NCBI GenBank assembly: GCA_039799905.1
Contig: JBDLRP010000039.1
Coordinates: forward strand, 1 to 64,000
Direction of reading: 5' to 3'
From: Pseudomonadota bacterium
Lineage (GTDB): Bacteria; Bdellovibrionota_B; Oligoflexia; Silvanigrellales; Silvanigrellaceae
DNA: 64,000 nucleotides
The notes beneath the pieces were generated by a model. That model ran no database searches. It was given only the letters and a program-made list of their open reading frames with translations, and was not told the DNA's origin. Made by a program: the position numbers and the translations under genes. Of the stretch, positions 1 through 10,148 are shown piece after piece (the first letter of the stretch is position 1; each line of letters begins with the position of its first letter).

Positions 1-107
1 GTTATTTGGTAAAACCTCTCGCCGGTTGCGAACTTCTCTCGGTGTTGCCACCAAAATCTATTCACCCTTGCGTGAGGCTCTTCCCGCACTCTGTGACTTC
101 TCTCTTC

Positions 108-192
108 TCTTTTCAAAGAACTGCTCGTTGAGAGCCTCCGTGACTTACTCAAGCGGTATACGCTTGTCAACGTCTCAGGTATGTTTTTTTTG
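108..192 (-). promoter_or_regulatory. Probable rRNA-operon promoter and boxA antiterminator, transcribing off the left edge
   Basis: Minus strand has an A-tract (UP-like, ~184-192), a perfect TTGACA (165-170), a 17-nt spacer, a weak -10 TAAGTC (142-147), then GTTCTTTGAAAA (110-121) resembling rrn boxA. No credible ORF in 1-197. Confidence 0.5.
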
Positions 193-197
193 CTCTT

Positions 198-1427
198 TTA
201 TTTCGCGCTGTTGGATCGAGCACAACGAACAATGCGATGGGCCCCTTCAACAACCCTATCCAGCGGCTGTGTTAATGAACATCGGAAGTAGCCGGCTTTG
301 CCGAAACTGCTGCCGGGCACGGCCAAAACTCCAGCTCGGACAAGCTGCTCCGTAAAAGCATGATCGTCGGCGAGAGGGGACTTTGGAAAGACAAAAAACG
401 ACGCACGCGGCCGCTCACATTCGATTCCTGCTGCTTGCAAGATATCAACAAATGCATCCACACGACGGCGGTACTGCGAGACATCCACGCTGGCATCAAA
501 AACACGAGGCAAGAGCCTCTGCATCAGCGCAGGGGCATTCACAAAGCCAAGCGCACGCGCCGAGTTTCTCAGGGCGTTGAGAGTCTCGGGCATCGCCAGC
601 GCCGGCCCCCAAACAAGATATCCAATTCTCTCGCCGGCAAGCCCAAGGTCCTTGGAATGCGAACGGACGACCCACGCAGCAGGATAAACTGGAAGCACCG
701 GCACAAAATCAGAAGGATTAAAAAGCAGCCGCGCATATGGCTCATCGGAGAGGAGATGTACGAGACGTCCGGTTTGCGCGTGGTGTGCCTTCAAGAGAGT
801 GGCAATCGCCTGAAGGACCTCTGCCGGATACAGCGCACCGGATGGATTATTGGGACTGTTGACGATGATGGCCTTCGTACGCGGGTTCAGCGCGCTGCGC
901 AGCTGGTTGAGGTCGGGCATATGTTGCTCATCGGAGCCGACAATCACCGGCACTCCGCCCATGTTGGTCACATAGGGACGGTACTCCGAGAAAAAGGGAG
1001 CCAGCAGAATCACTTCATCTGAAGGGTCAATTAATGTGCGCAAGAGAATCTGCAGAGCACCTGCAGCACCACAGGTCACAAAGACGCTCTCCCGCGTAAC
1101 GCCCACACCCTCGCTGATACTCAGCTTCGACGCGAGAAACTCGCGCACCTCGGGATAGCCGGCGTTGTCCATGTATCGGTGCACACCGGCAACCTGCTCC
1201 TCGGCGAGCTTCACCAGCTCACGCCTGACCTGCTCCGGCGGCTCGAGATCGGGATTGCCGAGTGACAAATCAACCAAATCAACATTCGGATTGTCCTCGC
1301 GCATTTTTTGTCCGAGCAGAAACACGCGGCGGATCTCCGAACCCATCTGTGAAAGGGTTTTGCAGGTGTGGCCAATCACATCATCCGGCTTGAATTGCAC
1401 AATTGCGCCCGTACTCGTTACAGTCAT
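198..1427 (-). CDS. PLP-dependent aminotransferase class I/II (aspartate aminotransferase-like)
   Basis: Motifs LSLGNPD, NSPNNPSG, SDEPY and SHSKDLGLAGERIGY (PLP lysine). Confidence 0.92.
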   Translation of the reverse strand: MTVTSTGAIVQFKPDDVIGHTCKTLSQMGSEIRRVFLLGQKMREDNPNVDLVDLSLGNPDLEPPEQVRRELVKLAEEQVAGVHRYMDNAGYPEVREFLASKLSISEGVGVTRESVFVTCGAAGALQILLRTLIDPSDEVILLAPFFSEYRPYVTNMGGVPVIVGSDEQHMPDLNQLRSALNPRTKAIIVNSPNNPSGALYPAEVLQAIATLLKAHHAQTGRLVHLLSDEPYARLLFNPSDFVPVLPVYPAAWVVRSHSKDLGLAGERIGYLVWGPALAMPETLNALRNSARALGFVNAPALMQRLLPRVFDASVDVSQYRRRVDAFVDILQAAGIECERPRASFFVFPKSPLADDHAFTEQLVRAGVLAVPGSSFGKAGYFRCSLTQPLDRVVEGAHRIVRCARSNSAK

Positions 1428-1528
1428 GCTCTATTTCTCCCATAGGGGTGTCCCAATAACCCGAACGGGCGGGGATTGTATACCGGCGCGGAAATATAGT
1501 TTAGTGTCCGTATTCAGAGGAACAATCG

Positions 1529-2176
1529 ATGGGTAATTGCTGTCAGTCTAAGTCCTGCGAGTTGCAGAAAATGCAAAAGAGTCAGGCGCGCGTTCTGTGG
1601 ATCACTCTTGCCATCAATGCAGCCATGTTTTTTGCGGAGCTGATTGGTGGGCTTATCGCTGGTTCGATTGCCGTCACCAGTGATTCTTTAGATATGTTGG
1701 GCGATGCAATTGCCTACGGAAGCAGCCTTTACGTGATCCACAAAGGGGCCCGCGCGAAAGCCCTGTCAGCCAGCCTTAAGGGCTTTATCATGATAGCCTG
1801 CGCAGTTGGTGTTTTGTTGCAGGCGGGCTGGAAAGTTCTCTACCGCACTCCGCCTGAAACTCTGATGATGGGCGGGCTCACATTGGCTGCTTTGATTGCG
1901 AACGTCACGTGCCTCGTTCTGCTGACCCGTCACCGTCACGATGACGTCAATATGAGCTCAGTGTGGATCTGTTCGCGCAACGATCTCATCGCAAACACAT
2001 CGGTTCTCGCCGCAGCAGGTTTGGTCGCCCTCACAAACTCGGCCTGGCCGGACATTGTTGTCGGTCTGGGCATTGCACTGCTGTTTTTAAAATCCGGTAT
2101 CGGCGTTCTGAAGACGTCGAGGCTTGAATTGAATGGAGCGCAGCCGCGACCAGGCAGTGGTCAACTAACATTTTAA
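1529..2176 (+). CDS. Cation diffusion facilitator (CDF) metal transporter, short form
   Basis: SDSLDMLGDA and CSRNDLIAN metal-site motifs, about six hydrophobic helices, Cys-rich N-terminus. Confidence 0.88.
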   Translation: MGNCCQSKSCELQKMQKSQARVLWITLAINAAMFFAELIGGLIAGSIAVTSDSLDMLGDAIAYGSSLYVIHKGARAKALSASLKGFIMIACAVGVLLQAGWKVLYRTPPETLMMGGLTLAALIANVTCLVLLTRHRHDDVNMSSVWICSRNDLIANTSVLAAAGLVALTNSAWPDIVVGLGIALLFLKSGIGVLKTSRLELNGAQPRPGSGQLTF

Positions 2177-2271
2177 AAGAAAAAATTTATCCGACACAGC
2201 CTCATAACCCTCTGTGCTAAAAAGTCAGCGACTTTGTGGCGCCTCCGAATCCAAGGAGGGGGAGGATATGA

Positions 2272-3300
2272 GTGAGTCGTCGCGACCAAGATCCCCTAGA
2301 TACGTGGCGCACCGTTGCGCTGGTGGGGCTCACTTTTAATCACCTTCTACTATGGCCTCTCGAGAACATCTCTTTTGCAATGAGAATCACCTACCAGAGC
2401 GTGGGCTGGGTCAGCTTCGCCAGCGTTTTTTTTGCAATTTCTGGAATCCAATGGGGGCGCAAGGCCTGCACATCCGATTCGTTGTGGCAGTGGAACGTCA
2501 GGCGCAGCGCAAGACTTCTCTTTTGGGTCTTCACCGCCACCATTCTTTTTTCCCTTGCAGTGGAGTTGCAGGTCATCAAGCCGGCTCCATGGCAACGGCA
2601 CATGAACTGGACAGAGCCACACACACCACTGAAGGCATTGGCCGGACTAAAGTTGCCTTGGCTGCTGGATGTCATTTGGCTGCACGCTTGGCTTGGAATC
2701 TACGCAACAATTGTTTGGTCAGTTTTCGGCAGAAACAGATGCCCGCTTGCAATCGCAGCCGTCAGTTTTCTCGTCTGGATTGCCGGACAAGCAGATGAAG
2801 TTCAAGTTCGAATGCTTCCAACAATAGCGGAAGCGCCGCCGTGGCACCATTGGACGGGTTGGCAACTCTTGTTTGTCATATGCGCGTTGAGTCAACATCA
2901 CGATATTAAAAAACGACTCGATTTTTTGAACAATGCGTTTTTCTCAAAAATTCTGCTATCCGCTGCCGTGCTCCTTTTCATTCTGAAGCAATCAACTGCG
3001 TCGGCTGACATCAACGATTTGTCCGAAACAAAACGCTTTGGCCCATGGTTTGCAGTCAACTCAATTGTCCTCTGCCTACTCGCGAGAAGATATCAACTGC
3101 CACAATTACCGGCTGCATTGGCAATCATCGGCAGGAGGACTCTGGTTTTCTATTCGCTGCAAATTCTTGCCGTCTACCTCTTGGGGAGTCACAGCACTTT
3201 TTCCCAAAATCAAAAGTTTCATTCTTTCGCTGTCATTGCATTCCTATTAGCTTCGCTTTTTGCTCTTGCTCAACTGCTCATGAACCGGAGGTCCGTATGA
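2272..3300 (+). CDS. OpgC-like membrane acyl(succinyl)transferase
   Basis: N-terminal RD..LD.WR.VAL...H, GWVSFASVFFAISG, WQLLF and IGRRTLVFYSLQ motifs. Polytopic membrane protein with strong RBS (GGAGG). Confidence 0.7.
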   Translation: MSRRDQDPLDTWRTVALVGLTFNHLLLWPLENISFAMRITYQSVGWVSFASVFFAISGIQWGRKACTSDSLWQWNVRRSARLLFWVFTATILFSLAVELQVIKPAPWQRHMNWTEPHTPLKALAGLKLPWLLDVIWLHAWLGIYATIVWSVFGRNRCPLAIAAVSFLVWIAGQADEVQVRMLPTIAEAPPWHHWTGWQLLFVICALSQHHDIKKRLDFLNNAFFSKILLSAAVLLFILKQSTASADINDLSETKRFGPWFAVNSIVLCLLARRYQLPQLPAALAIIGRRTLVFYSLQILAVYLLGSHSTFSQNQKFHSFAVIAFLLASLFALAQLLMNRRSV

Positions 3301-4286
3301 ATCCCGGCGCGGTAAATCAGGCAGAACTCATTATTGTCGCGGCGGATGCCGTCGGCTTTTCACGAATTGTCAGAGCATCCGATTGTGCGCAGAGATTCGG
3401 AATAAACATCATACCCCTGCAATACCGCGATGAAGCGATTGATGCTCTCGAGCAAAACCGGCGCGTGTTGTTGGTCATCGATTTGAACCTCAAGCTCACT
3501 GCCGAGCAGGAGGACCTTTTGCATCTGGCGCTGCAGCTGGGAGCAAACTGGTGTTCGGTTTCCTTCTTTGAGGGAATTCGCCGAGGCTTTGCCCGCGTGC
3601 AGATGTTCCATGAAATTCTCGAATGGATAAACTTCAATGAAAGCTCCAGTCTCGTGCTTGTCCGAGACAAAATCATCTGCATGTTTAGAAGGCTGGTCGC
3701 TCTGTGCGGACTCATTTCACTGAGCCCGTTGCTGGCTGTAATTGCAATCATCATAAAATGTGTCAGCGACGGTCCTGTTTTTTACCGACAGAGGCGCATG
3801 GGCCACAAAGGCAGAAGCTTTGAACTGGTCAAATTCAGAACAATGCACCGAGATTCCGAAAAAGCAGGGGCGCAATGGTCAACAGGCAACTACGACCCTA
3901 GAATATTTTCATTTGGAAGATTTCTGCGACGTACGCATCTCGACGAACTTCCGCAGTTGTGGAACGTATTGAAAGGCGAACTTTGTTTCGTCGGACCGAG
4001 GCCCGAACGGCCCGAATTCTACGAATTGCTCAAGCAGCACACGCCTCACTTCACGCTGCGCACGCGCATCACCCCAGGAATCACAGGTTTGGCACAGCTG
4101 CGTTCAGGGTATGCCGCCACTGTTGAAGAATCGCAGCGAAAGCTCGAATTTGATCTCTACTTCATGCGCACAGCAAAGACTTCAAGTGCATTGGGAATAA
4201 TATCCGGTACGGCAAAAAAGTGCGGAAAAGAAATACTCTCGGCATTCTTTGCGGTCCTGAGGCGAGGCAACAATCGAGTCAACTAG
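3297..4286 (+). CDS. Priming sugar transferase (undecaprenyl-phosphate glycosylphosphotransferase, WcaJ/WbaP family)
   Basis: KFRTM, DPRI..FGRFLRRTHLDELPQLWNVLKGEL..VGPRPE and PGITGLAQ motifs. ATG 3297 overlaps the upstream stop (ATGA). Confidence 0.92.
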   Translation: MNPGAVNQAELIIVAADAVGFSRIVRASDCAQRFGINIIPLQYRDEAIDALEQNRRVLLVIDLNLKLTAEQEDLLHLALQLGANWCSVSFFEGIRRGFARVQMFHEILEWINFNESSSLVLVRDKIICMFRRLVALCGLISLSPLLAVIAIIIKCVSDGPVFYRQRRMGHKGRSFELVKFRTMHRDSEKAGAQWSTGNYDPRIFSFGRFLRRTHLDELPQLWNVLKGELCFVGPRPERPEFYELLKQHTPHFTLRTRITPGITGLAQLRSGYAATVEESQRKLEFDLYFMRTAKTSSALGIISGTAKKCGKEILSAFFAVLRRGNNRVN

Positions 4287-4298
4287 ACGGAGCACTTC

Positions 4299-5441
4299 AT
4301 GCAGGTTGTCCACGTCTTCAACAGCGGCTCTTTGAGCGGACCGGAAATGCTTGTCATTCCTGCCCTCCGGAAGTTGCCCGCACTGCGGGAAGTCTGGAGT
4401 CTTGAAGAGACTCGCCTCACAAACAATGCTGCGACACTCTCTCGGTTCTGCGTGCAAAACGGAATTCCCGTCACAGCAGTCGCCGTCAGGTCGCGGTTTG
4501 ATCCTTTGGCGATTGCTTGTCTACTGAGGCAAATCAGGGCACTTCCCGACGAATGCATCATCCATTGCCATGATACAAAGGCGAGTCTCTATGTTTGGTT
4601 TGCAAAAAAAATGGCCAGACGTCGGCGTATCCAACTGTTTGCGACTCATCACGGAGCATTGGTGAGGGATCACTGGATTTCAAGACTCTATGAAAAAATG
4701 TTTGTTTTCGTCGCCAGTCGATCTTTTTCTGCACTGCTTAGCGTGAGCGAAAGCGAGTATAAAATACTGCGCGACCGAGGAGTTCCAGAAAAAATTCTAA
4801 AACTTCATCGAAATGGTATCTCGCGACCTGCTTTGACATTGAACCGGCCGAAAGAGAAACCGAGCGAAGCCGAATGCAGATTCGTCATACTTGCCCGACT
4901 TTCATATGAAAAGAATCATCTCAGGGCAATTCAAGTGCTCAAGCAGATGCAGGACAAACACCGTATCCGTTGGACACTCGATTTGCTGGGAGACGGACGT
5001 GAGCGAAGCAACATCATGCGCGCGGCCCATGAGTTGAACATAGTCGATCGGGTGCGCATGAGAGGATTTGTTGCGGAGGGGTGGAAAGAGCTTGAAAAAT
5101 ACGATTGCCTGCTGAGCTTCTCGCTCGGCGAGGGGCTGCCTGTATCCCTGCTCGAGGCTGGTTGGAGAAGGACACCTATCTTTGCAAGCGCTGTCGGCGG
5201 AGTTTGTGAGTTGTGCAAAGACGGTGCTGGAAAGCTGTTTTCGCTGGAGGCTTCAAACGAACAAATCGCAGACGAGCTTGCTGCATTCGTGATGAACCCC
5301 GAGTGTATGTGGAATTGTGCGGAGAAGATGCACCACAGAGTCGTCAACGATTATTCGGAACAGCGATGGCTCTGCGATCTGCTCAAACACTACGGTCTTA
5401 AAAATGCCAACAGCACCAACATGCAAAACTCTGCCAAATGA
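4299..5441 (+). CDS. Glycosyltransferase family 4
   Basis: ARLSYEKN and EGLPVSLLEA motifs, GT-B layout. Confidence 0.88.
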   Translation: MQVVHVFNSGSLSGPEMLVIPALRKLPALREVWSLEETRLTNNAATLSRFCVQNGIPVTAVAVRSRFDPLAIACLLRQIRALPDECIIHCHDTKASLYVWFAKKMARRRRIQLFATHHGALVRDHWISRLYEKMFVFVASRSFSALLSVSESEYKILRDRGVPEKILKLHRNGISRPALTLNRPKEKPSEAECRFVILARLSYEKNHLRAIQVLKQMQDKHRIRWTLDLLGDGRERSNIMRAAHELNIVDRVRMRGFVAEGWKELEKYDCLLSFSLGEGLPVSLLEAGWRRTPIFASAVGGVCELCKDGAGKLFSLEASNEQIADELAAFVMNPECMWNCAEKMHHRVVNDYSEQRWLCDLLKHYGLKNANSTNMQNSAK

Positions 5442-5454
5442 ATGGGGATAACGG

Positions 5455-6339
5455 GTGAAACTATCCAAGTTTTTCTGCGCCACCACAACTGCCATCGTGC
5501 TCTTATTCTTGTCACCCGCTGGCAGTTTCGCCAAAGCATCTCATCAAAGCGCACTTGTAGCTGGGTCGCAGATCCGAATGATTTCGGCAGATGAACCAAT
5601 CTTGAACGCTCTTCTGGATGTTGACTGGGATGGCTTTGTGCAGGTTCCGCTCTGCGGAGGCATTAGGATCAAAGACCTTCACATCAGGGAAGCTGAAGAC
5701 TCACTCCGAAGTTGCCTGCGCCGCTATTACAAGAAGCTGCCCGACTTTCAAATTCAGGAAGTTCAGCCACGGAACGTTCTTGTCAAGGTCTCCCAGCGAG
5801 GTGAAACAGGACGAGTCGTAAAGGTTTCCCTGCAGCTGTCTGTCCAATCACTACTTTCCCGCGAGGGATACCTATTGTCTGCAGAACAGACCGTCAGACT
5901 TCTCTCTCCCTACGGACTGGATCTTGTGGCCGGCGCAGAGGACATTCAATGGACACGCCCCTTTGATTGGCTCGGCGGCGAAACACTTATTGTCGAAAAG
6001 AGCGGCGAGAATAAAAACACAGAGACCATAGATGTTTTGGGCGAGGTTCGAAAACCGGGCAGGCTCGGTTATCGCCCCTCTCAAACGGTACTCGACGTGA
6101 TTCGCGATGTTCAGGGACCCACCCCGCAGGCGGATTCTGAGTCTGTGGTTATCTATCGACGGCTGAATGGAGAAAAAATTGAGACTCGCTGGAACGACGA
6201 ACGGGAGAAAATCCAACCCGGCGATGTAATTCTAATTCCAGCCCAGAGGGAAAGCACTTTCGACAAGAGTCTTCGTTGGAGCGTCTCCTTTCTCTCGATT
6301 GTAAACACTCTTTTCCTGATCCGCTTGTCGGGACGGTGA
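5455..6339 (+). CDS. Polysaccharide export protein (Wza/OPX-like, SLBB domain)
   Basis: Signal peptide, VD.DGFVQVPLCGGI PES motif, VLGEVRKPG and IQPGDVILIP SLBB motifs, amphipathic C-terminal helix. Confidence 0.8.
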   Translation: MKLSKFFCATTTAIVLLFLSPAGSFAKASHQSALVAGSQIRMISADEPILNALLDVDWDGFVQVPLCGGIRIKDLHIREAEDSLRSCLRRYYKKLPDFQIQEVQPRNVLVKVSQRGETGRVVKVSLQLSVQSLLSREGYLLSAEQTVRLLSPYGLDLVAGAEDIQWTRPFDWLGGETLIVEKSGENKNTETIDVLGEVRKPGRLGYRPSQTVLDVIRDVQGPTPQADSESVVIYRRLNGEKIETRWNDEREKIQPGDVILIPAQRESTFDKSLRWSVSFLSIVNTLFLIRLSGR

Positions 6340-6345
6340 AGGGCC

Positions 6346-7407
6346 ATGAAGGCTCTGTACGTCATTCTGTTTGTCTTGCGGCAGTCAATCAAGCACCGGA
6401 AGAAGGTCTTTTTCTTCAGCTGGCTCAGCGTTTTTACACTTCTTGCAGTCTGGGTGCACAAAATTCCCAAAAGCTACAAAACATCCGCATTGTTTAATTT
6501 CCATTCTGACTTTTCAAAGGTTCCAGCGAGCAGCGAATTCTTCAACGAGATCTACGACCCAAATGAAATTAGGGCCGAAAAAGAAGCAATATTACTTGGA
6601 GTCCTATCGGACGAATTTTTGTTTCATCTTGCCCAACGATACATCGGCAAAGAAGCTGCAGAAAAGGAATGGGTTGTTCAGGGCCTAAGACGGGATATCC
6701 GCTTTGTGCCACTCAGCAGAACAACGTATCAACTTGTTGTCGTGCAGCGTTCCGGTGAAAGTGCTCAGAACATTGCGCTCGAAGTCATTGAGAGGCTCGA
6801 GAACACACTCCGTCAGGAACGGCTTGCGCGCATGCAGTCGGTTTACAACTCGATCACCCAGCAATTGAATGATCTCACCGTCGACGGAAAGGACAGAGAT
6901 CTATCGCTGAGTCTAAATTCTGTGCAAATTCGCTTGCAAAAAGAAATATCGCAGCTGGAACAGTCGTACACAAACGATCATCCGCGCCTCGTTCGGTTGC
7001 GACAAAAAATGCAAAGTCTGCGTGAGGCCAAAGATGCTGCAGAGAGATCCGGAGTAGAACGAGGACACATTGAAAACTGGGTTTCTCTGCGCGGAATTCT
7101 TGTCACGCGCAAGGCACTTTTACAGGTGGCATTGCGCATGGAAGAGGACGCAGACATCACGCATATCAAAATTATCAAGGAACCCGACCTTCCACTCTGG
7201 CCAGTGGAGCCAAAGAAGAATCTCCTTCTCGTTTCCGCGCTGCTGACATCACTCATTTTTGCAGCCGCGGCTTCTGCACTGATAGCTGTCGCCGCAGAGA
7301 TCGATCTTATTTTCCCAGGGCTGCGCGAGGGCTGGGAAAAATACCTTGAGTGCATTTCAACTTCGAGCGACAAACCGAGCAACTGCGAAAGAAAAAAAGA
7401 TGTTTGA
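6346..7407 (+). CDS. Polysaccharide co-polymerase / chain-length determinant (Wzz/Wzc-N-like, no kinase domain)
   Basis: Two TM segments flanking a coiled-coil with YTNDHP, plus Pro-rich P.LP.WPVEPKK before the second TM. Confidence 0.8.
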   Translation: MKALYVILFVLRQSIKHRKKVFFFSWLSVFTLLAVWVHKIPKSYKTSALFNFHSDFSKVPASSEFFNEIYDPNEIRAEKEAILLGVLSDEFLFHLAQRYIGKEAAEKEWVVQGLRRDIRFVPLSRTTYQLVVVQRSGESAQNIALEVIERLENTLRQERLARMQSVYNSITQQLNDLTVDGKDRDLSLSLNSVQIRLQKEISQLEQSYTNDHPRLVRLRQKMQSLREAKDAAERSGVERGHIENWVSLRGILVTRKALLQVALRMEEDADITHIKIIKEPDLPLWPVEPKKNLLLVSALLTSLIFAAAASALIAVAAEIDLIFPGLREGWEKYLECISTSSDKPSNCERKKDV

Positions 7408-8875
7408 GGAGGAAAAATTCGTCTTCAAACTGGTGAACGATTCATCGCATTACCTCTCTTTCCTTGGGGTTGCCCTCTGCAGCTGGCACATGACGGGCAA
7501 GCTTGCGAGACGTCAGTCGACCCCGACTGCTGACAGAATAGAGTTGCTGATTGCTTCTGCCATCGCATTCTCTGTCGCGACGGTTCTCGGAATCAGCTCG
7601 TTTATTTTTACTCTTGGAGTCATTCTGTCTGTGTTTTCGGCACTGCGCTCGGCCCGTGAGGCTGTCGGCCTGACTCTCATTCTTTACGTTTGCCGACCAT
7701 GGGAGGTTTTTCCAAACAGCGATGCGTGGCTGCAGGTTCCGCGCCAATGCATTGGTCTGTGGCTGCTATCATGGCTAAGAGATTTGATTTTAAATCCACG
7801 CCTTATTTTTGATTCGGGTAAACTCTCTAAAGGCGTTGGTCTGACGTTTATCTTCGGAATCTGGTGTTTTTTGACAACCTTCATTTCCAAAGATGTGGCT
7901 GGGAGTCAGGACTACTTTCTCAACACACTGTTCCGCGCCCTGACTCTCGTCGTCATTTTACACTTGACTATCCGAAGCGTCGCAGATGCACAACGGCTGC
8001 AAATTGCGTTCTTCATTGGCGTCAGTACGCTGGCTGTCTTCGGCTTGTGGCGATTCCACGGGTTTGATCAAGAGGCCCCACTCCATCTACTGCAGCGCAT
8101 CAACAACGACGCTGCAAAACGGCTTGAGGCTATTGGTTCATTGGGCAATTCGAACGATGTTGCCGCTGTCATCCTGATTCCATTGGGATGTCTGTGGGCA
8201 TGGCTCCTGTCGAATGACTCCAGAGCCCTGACGCGGCTCTTTTCCGTTGGCTTTTGTTCTCTACTCATGATGGCAATTTTATCCTCTCAAAGCCGCGGCG
8301 CGTTGCTGGCCGTTGTTGCGCAAGCAGGTATGTTCTTTGTTCAAAAATCAAATCACCCCAAAAAACTGATGTGTGTTTTGCTGTGCGCAGTGATTGCCGC
8401 ATCGCTGGTTGCTAGCCAGTTGATGGGACGACATGAAGACGATCTTGATGCCTCGACAGAAAGTAGAATGAACTACTACGTGACCGGATTTTACATGCTT
8501 CTCAACAGTCCAGTCTGGGGTCAGGGTTTCGGACGATACCCATATGAGTTTGAGCGGTTTTCCCCCCTCATACTCCACGAATGGGGCCTGCGGACAGCAC
8601 ATTCCAGCTGGGTGCTCGTGTTCTCCGAGACAGGAATGGTCGGTCTTTTATTGTTCGCCTGGATCAACTACTCAGTTGCATCCTCAACCTGGCAGATGCG
8701 TCGGGCATCGCCCCATCTTTTGCTGTCATACACCGGCTATTCCCTCACTATCATCTTCCTCTCACACACGTGGCTGATGTTTCCATGGATTCTCTTCAGC
8801 CTGATTGATCTTCAACACAAATTTTCCCAGGCCGAAAACGCTTTAAAGCTTCAAGGAGCGCTCCATGCTGATTAA
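7400..8875 (+). CDS. O-antigen ligase/Wzy polymerase family protein
   Basis: More than ten TM segments; GNSND, SQSRGA, WGQGFG and AHSSWV..FSETG motifs. Start inferred at ATG 7400. Confidence 0.82.
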   Translation: MFEEEKFVFKLVNDSSHYLSFLGVALCSWHMTGKLARRQSTPTADRIELLIASAIAFSVATVLGISSFIFTLGVILSVFSALRSAREAVGLTLILYVCRPWEVFPNSDAWLQVPRQCIGLWLLSWLRDLILNPRLIFDSGKLSKGVGLTFIFGIWCFLTTFISKDVAGSQDYFLNTLFRALTLVVILHLTIRSVADAQRLQIAFFIGVSTLAVFGLWRFHGFDQEAPLHLLQRINNDAAKRLEAIGSLGNSNDVAAVILIPLGCLWAWLLSNDSRALTRLFSVGFCSLLMMAILSSQSRGALLAVVAQAGMFFVQKSNHPKKLMCVLLCAVIAASLVASQLMGRHEDDLDASTESRMNYYVTGFYMLLNSPVWGQGFGRYPYEFERFSPLILHEWGLRTAHSSWVLVFSETGMVGLLLFAWINYSVASSTWQMRRASPHLLLSYTGYSLTIIFLSHTWLMFPWILFSLIDLQHKFSQAENALKLQGALHAD

Positions 8876-10124
8876 AAAACATGAACTGATTTGGATTGTG
8901 CCGCGTCTTCCTTGGCCGGCACGCTGCGGAGCAAGTCTTGCAAATTCTGAATTGATTCGCGGCATGTCGGAGCTTGGCTATAAAGTTCATGTCATATGCT
9001 TCACAGCTGACGACGTGACCAGAAATCGCGCAGACAAAATCCGCACCGCGCTCGGAGCTGCAGAATTAAGTTTTTATCGCTGGCCGCTTCTACTACGGAC
9101 ACGCTGGACGAGGACACTCACTTCCATCATTTTAGGATTTTTCCGCAGAGATATTCCGATGACTGCTGTGCCCTATACAACTTCAGCTGTCCGAAGATTT
9201 CTGCAAAAGATGACAGCCGAAAAAAGGAATGCAGTGTGTGTCTGGGACGGGCTTCATCCAATGGCTTCAATCAGCCTCACAGGCCAATCGCCCCACGCGT
9301 CCGGACTTCACATTTACCGAGCACATAATGTTGAGTCGATGATCTGGCAAGACTTCGTTCGCTCAAGTGCCAAACTCCTCTGGCCCGTTCTAAAGATACA
9401 AGCTGCGAAAATGAAAAGATTCGAACTGCGTTGCATTGAAATCTCAAAACACGTCGCCTGTGTGCATGAAAACGATATGTCGGCCATACAGGCCTCGACG
9501 AAAAAATCGTCAGTTTCTGTGATTCCAATTTCAGTTCCTGAATCCCGTGACCTCCTAAAAATCACCGTTCAGCGATGGAGCCGTGTCAACATAGCAAATA
9601 TCAAAGACGATGCACTGCAATTGCTCTGGCTTGGCGGGCTCGACTGGTGGCCCAATCGAGAAGCACTCGAGTGGTTTGCCCAACACATTTGGAAACAATT
9701 GCAAAAAAATAGACCGCGCGTTTCATTGACCTTGGTAGGGCGAGGCACGGACCGACTGAGAGACCTGTCAGGAGAAAACGTTCGCAGACTTGGCTTTGTG
9801 AAGGATTTATCAGCAGTTTTTGATGAGACGGATCTCCTCATTGCCCCCATCCAATCCGGAAGTGGTGTCCGCGTCAAAGTCATTGAAGCATTGTCACAGG
9901 CCGTTCCTTGTGTGGGAACAACACTGGGTGTCGAAGGAATTCCGCCGCAGGGAATCTATTGCGTTGATTCACCCCGAAGATGGTTGAGAGTGCTCAGCTC
10001 TGTTACGGTCCAGGAGTGTTTTCTTCGCGGCATGGTCGGCGCAAGAGCAATTCAGGCTGAGCACTCCAGAGTGAGATGCGCTGGCCAATTCGATGCACTG
10101 CTGCAATCCCATCTGAAATCATAA
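8865..10124 (+). CDS. Glycosyltransferase family 4
   Basis: HNVES, GGLDWWPN and PIQSGSGVRVKVIEALS motifs. Confidence 0.88.
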   Translation: MLIKKHELIWIVPRLPWPARCGASLANSELIRGMSELGYKVHVICFTADDVTRNRADKIRTALGAAELSFYRWPLLLRTRWTRTLTSIILGFFRRDIPMTAVPYTTSAVRRFLQKMTAEKRNAVCVWDGLHPMASISLTGQSPHASGLHIYRAHNVESMIWQDFVRSSAKLLWPVLKIQAAKMKRFELRCIEISKHVACVHENDMSAIQASTKKSSVSVIPISVPESRDLLKITVQRWSRVNIANIKDDALQLLWLGGLDWWPNREALEWFAQHIWKQLQKNRPRVSLTLVGRGTDRLRDLSGENVRRLGFVKDLSAVFDETDLLIAPIQSGSGVRVKVIEALSQAVPCVGTTLGVEGIPPQGIYCVDSPRRWLRVLSSVTVQECFLRGMVGARAIQAEHSRVRCAGQFDALLQSHLKS

Positions 10125-10148
10125 GCCGAAGCCGATAAATTTTATAAT

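Noticed and set aside
3045..3296. Longer N-terminus for the sugar transferase, and similar extensions at 15179, 32884 and 60400
   Set aside because: Downstream starts have better RBS or ATGA coupling and match family lengths.
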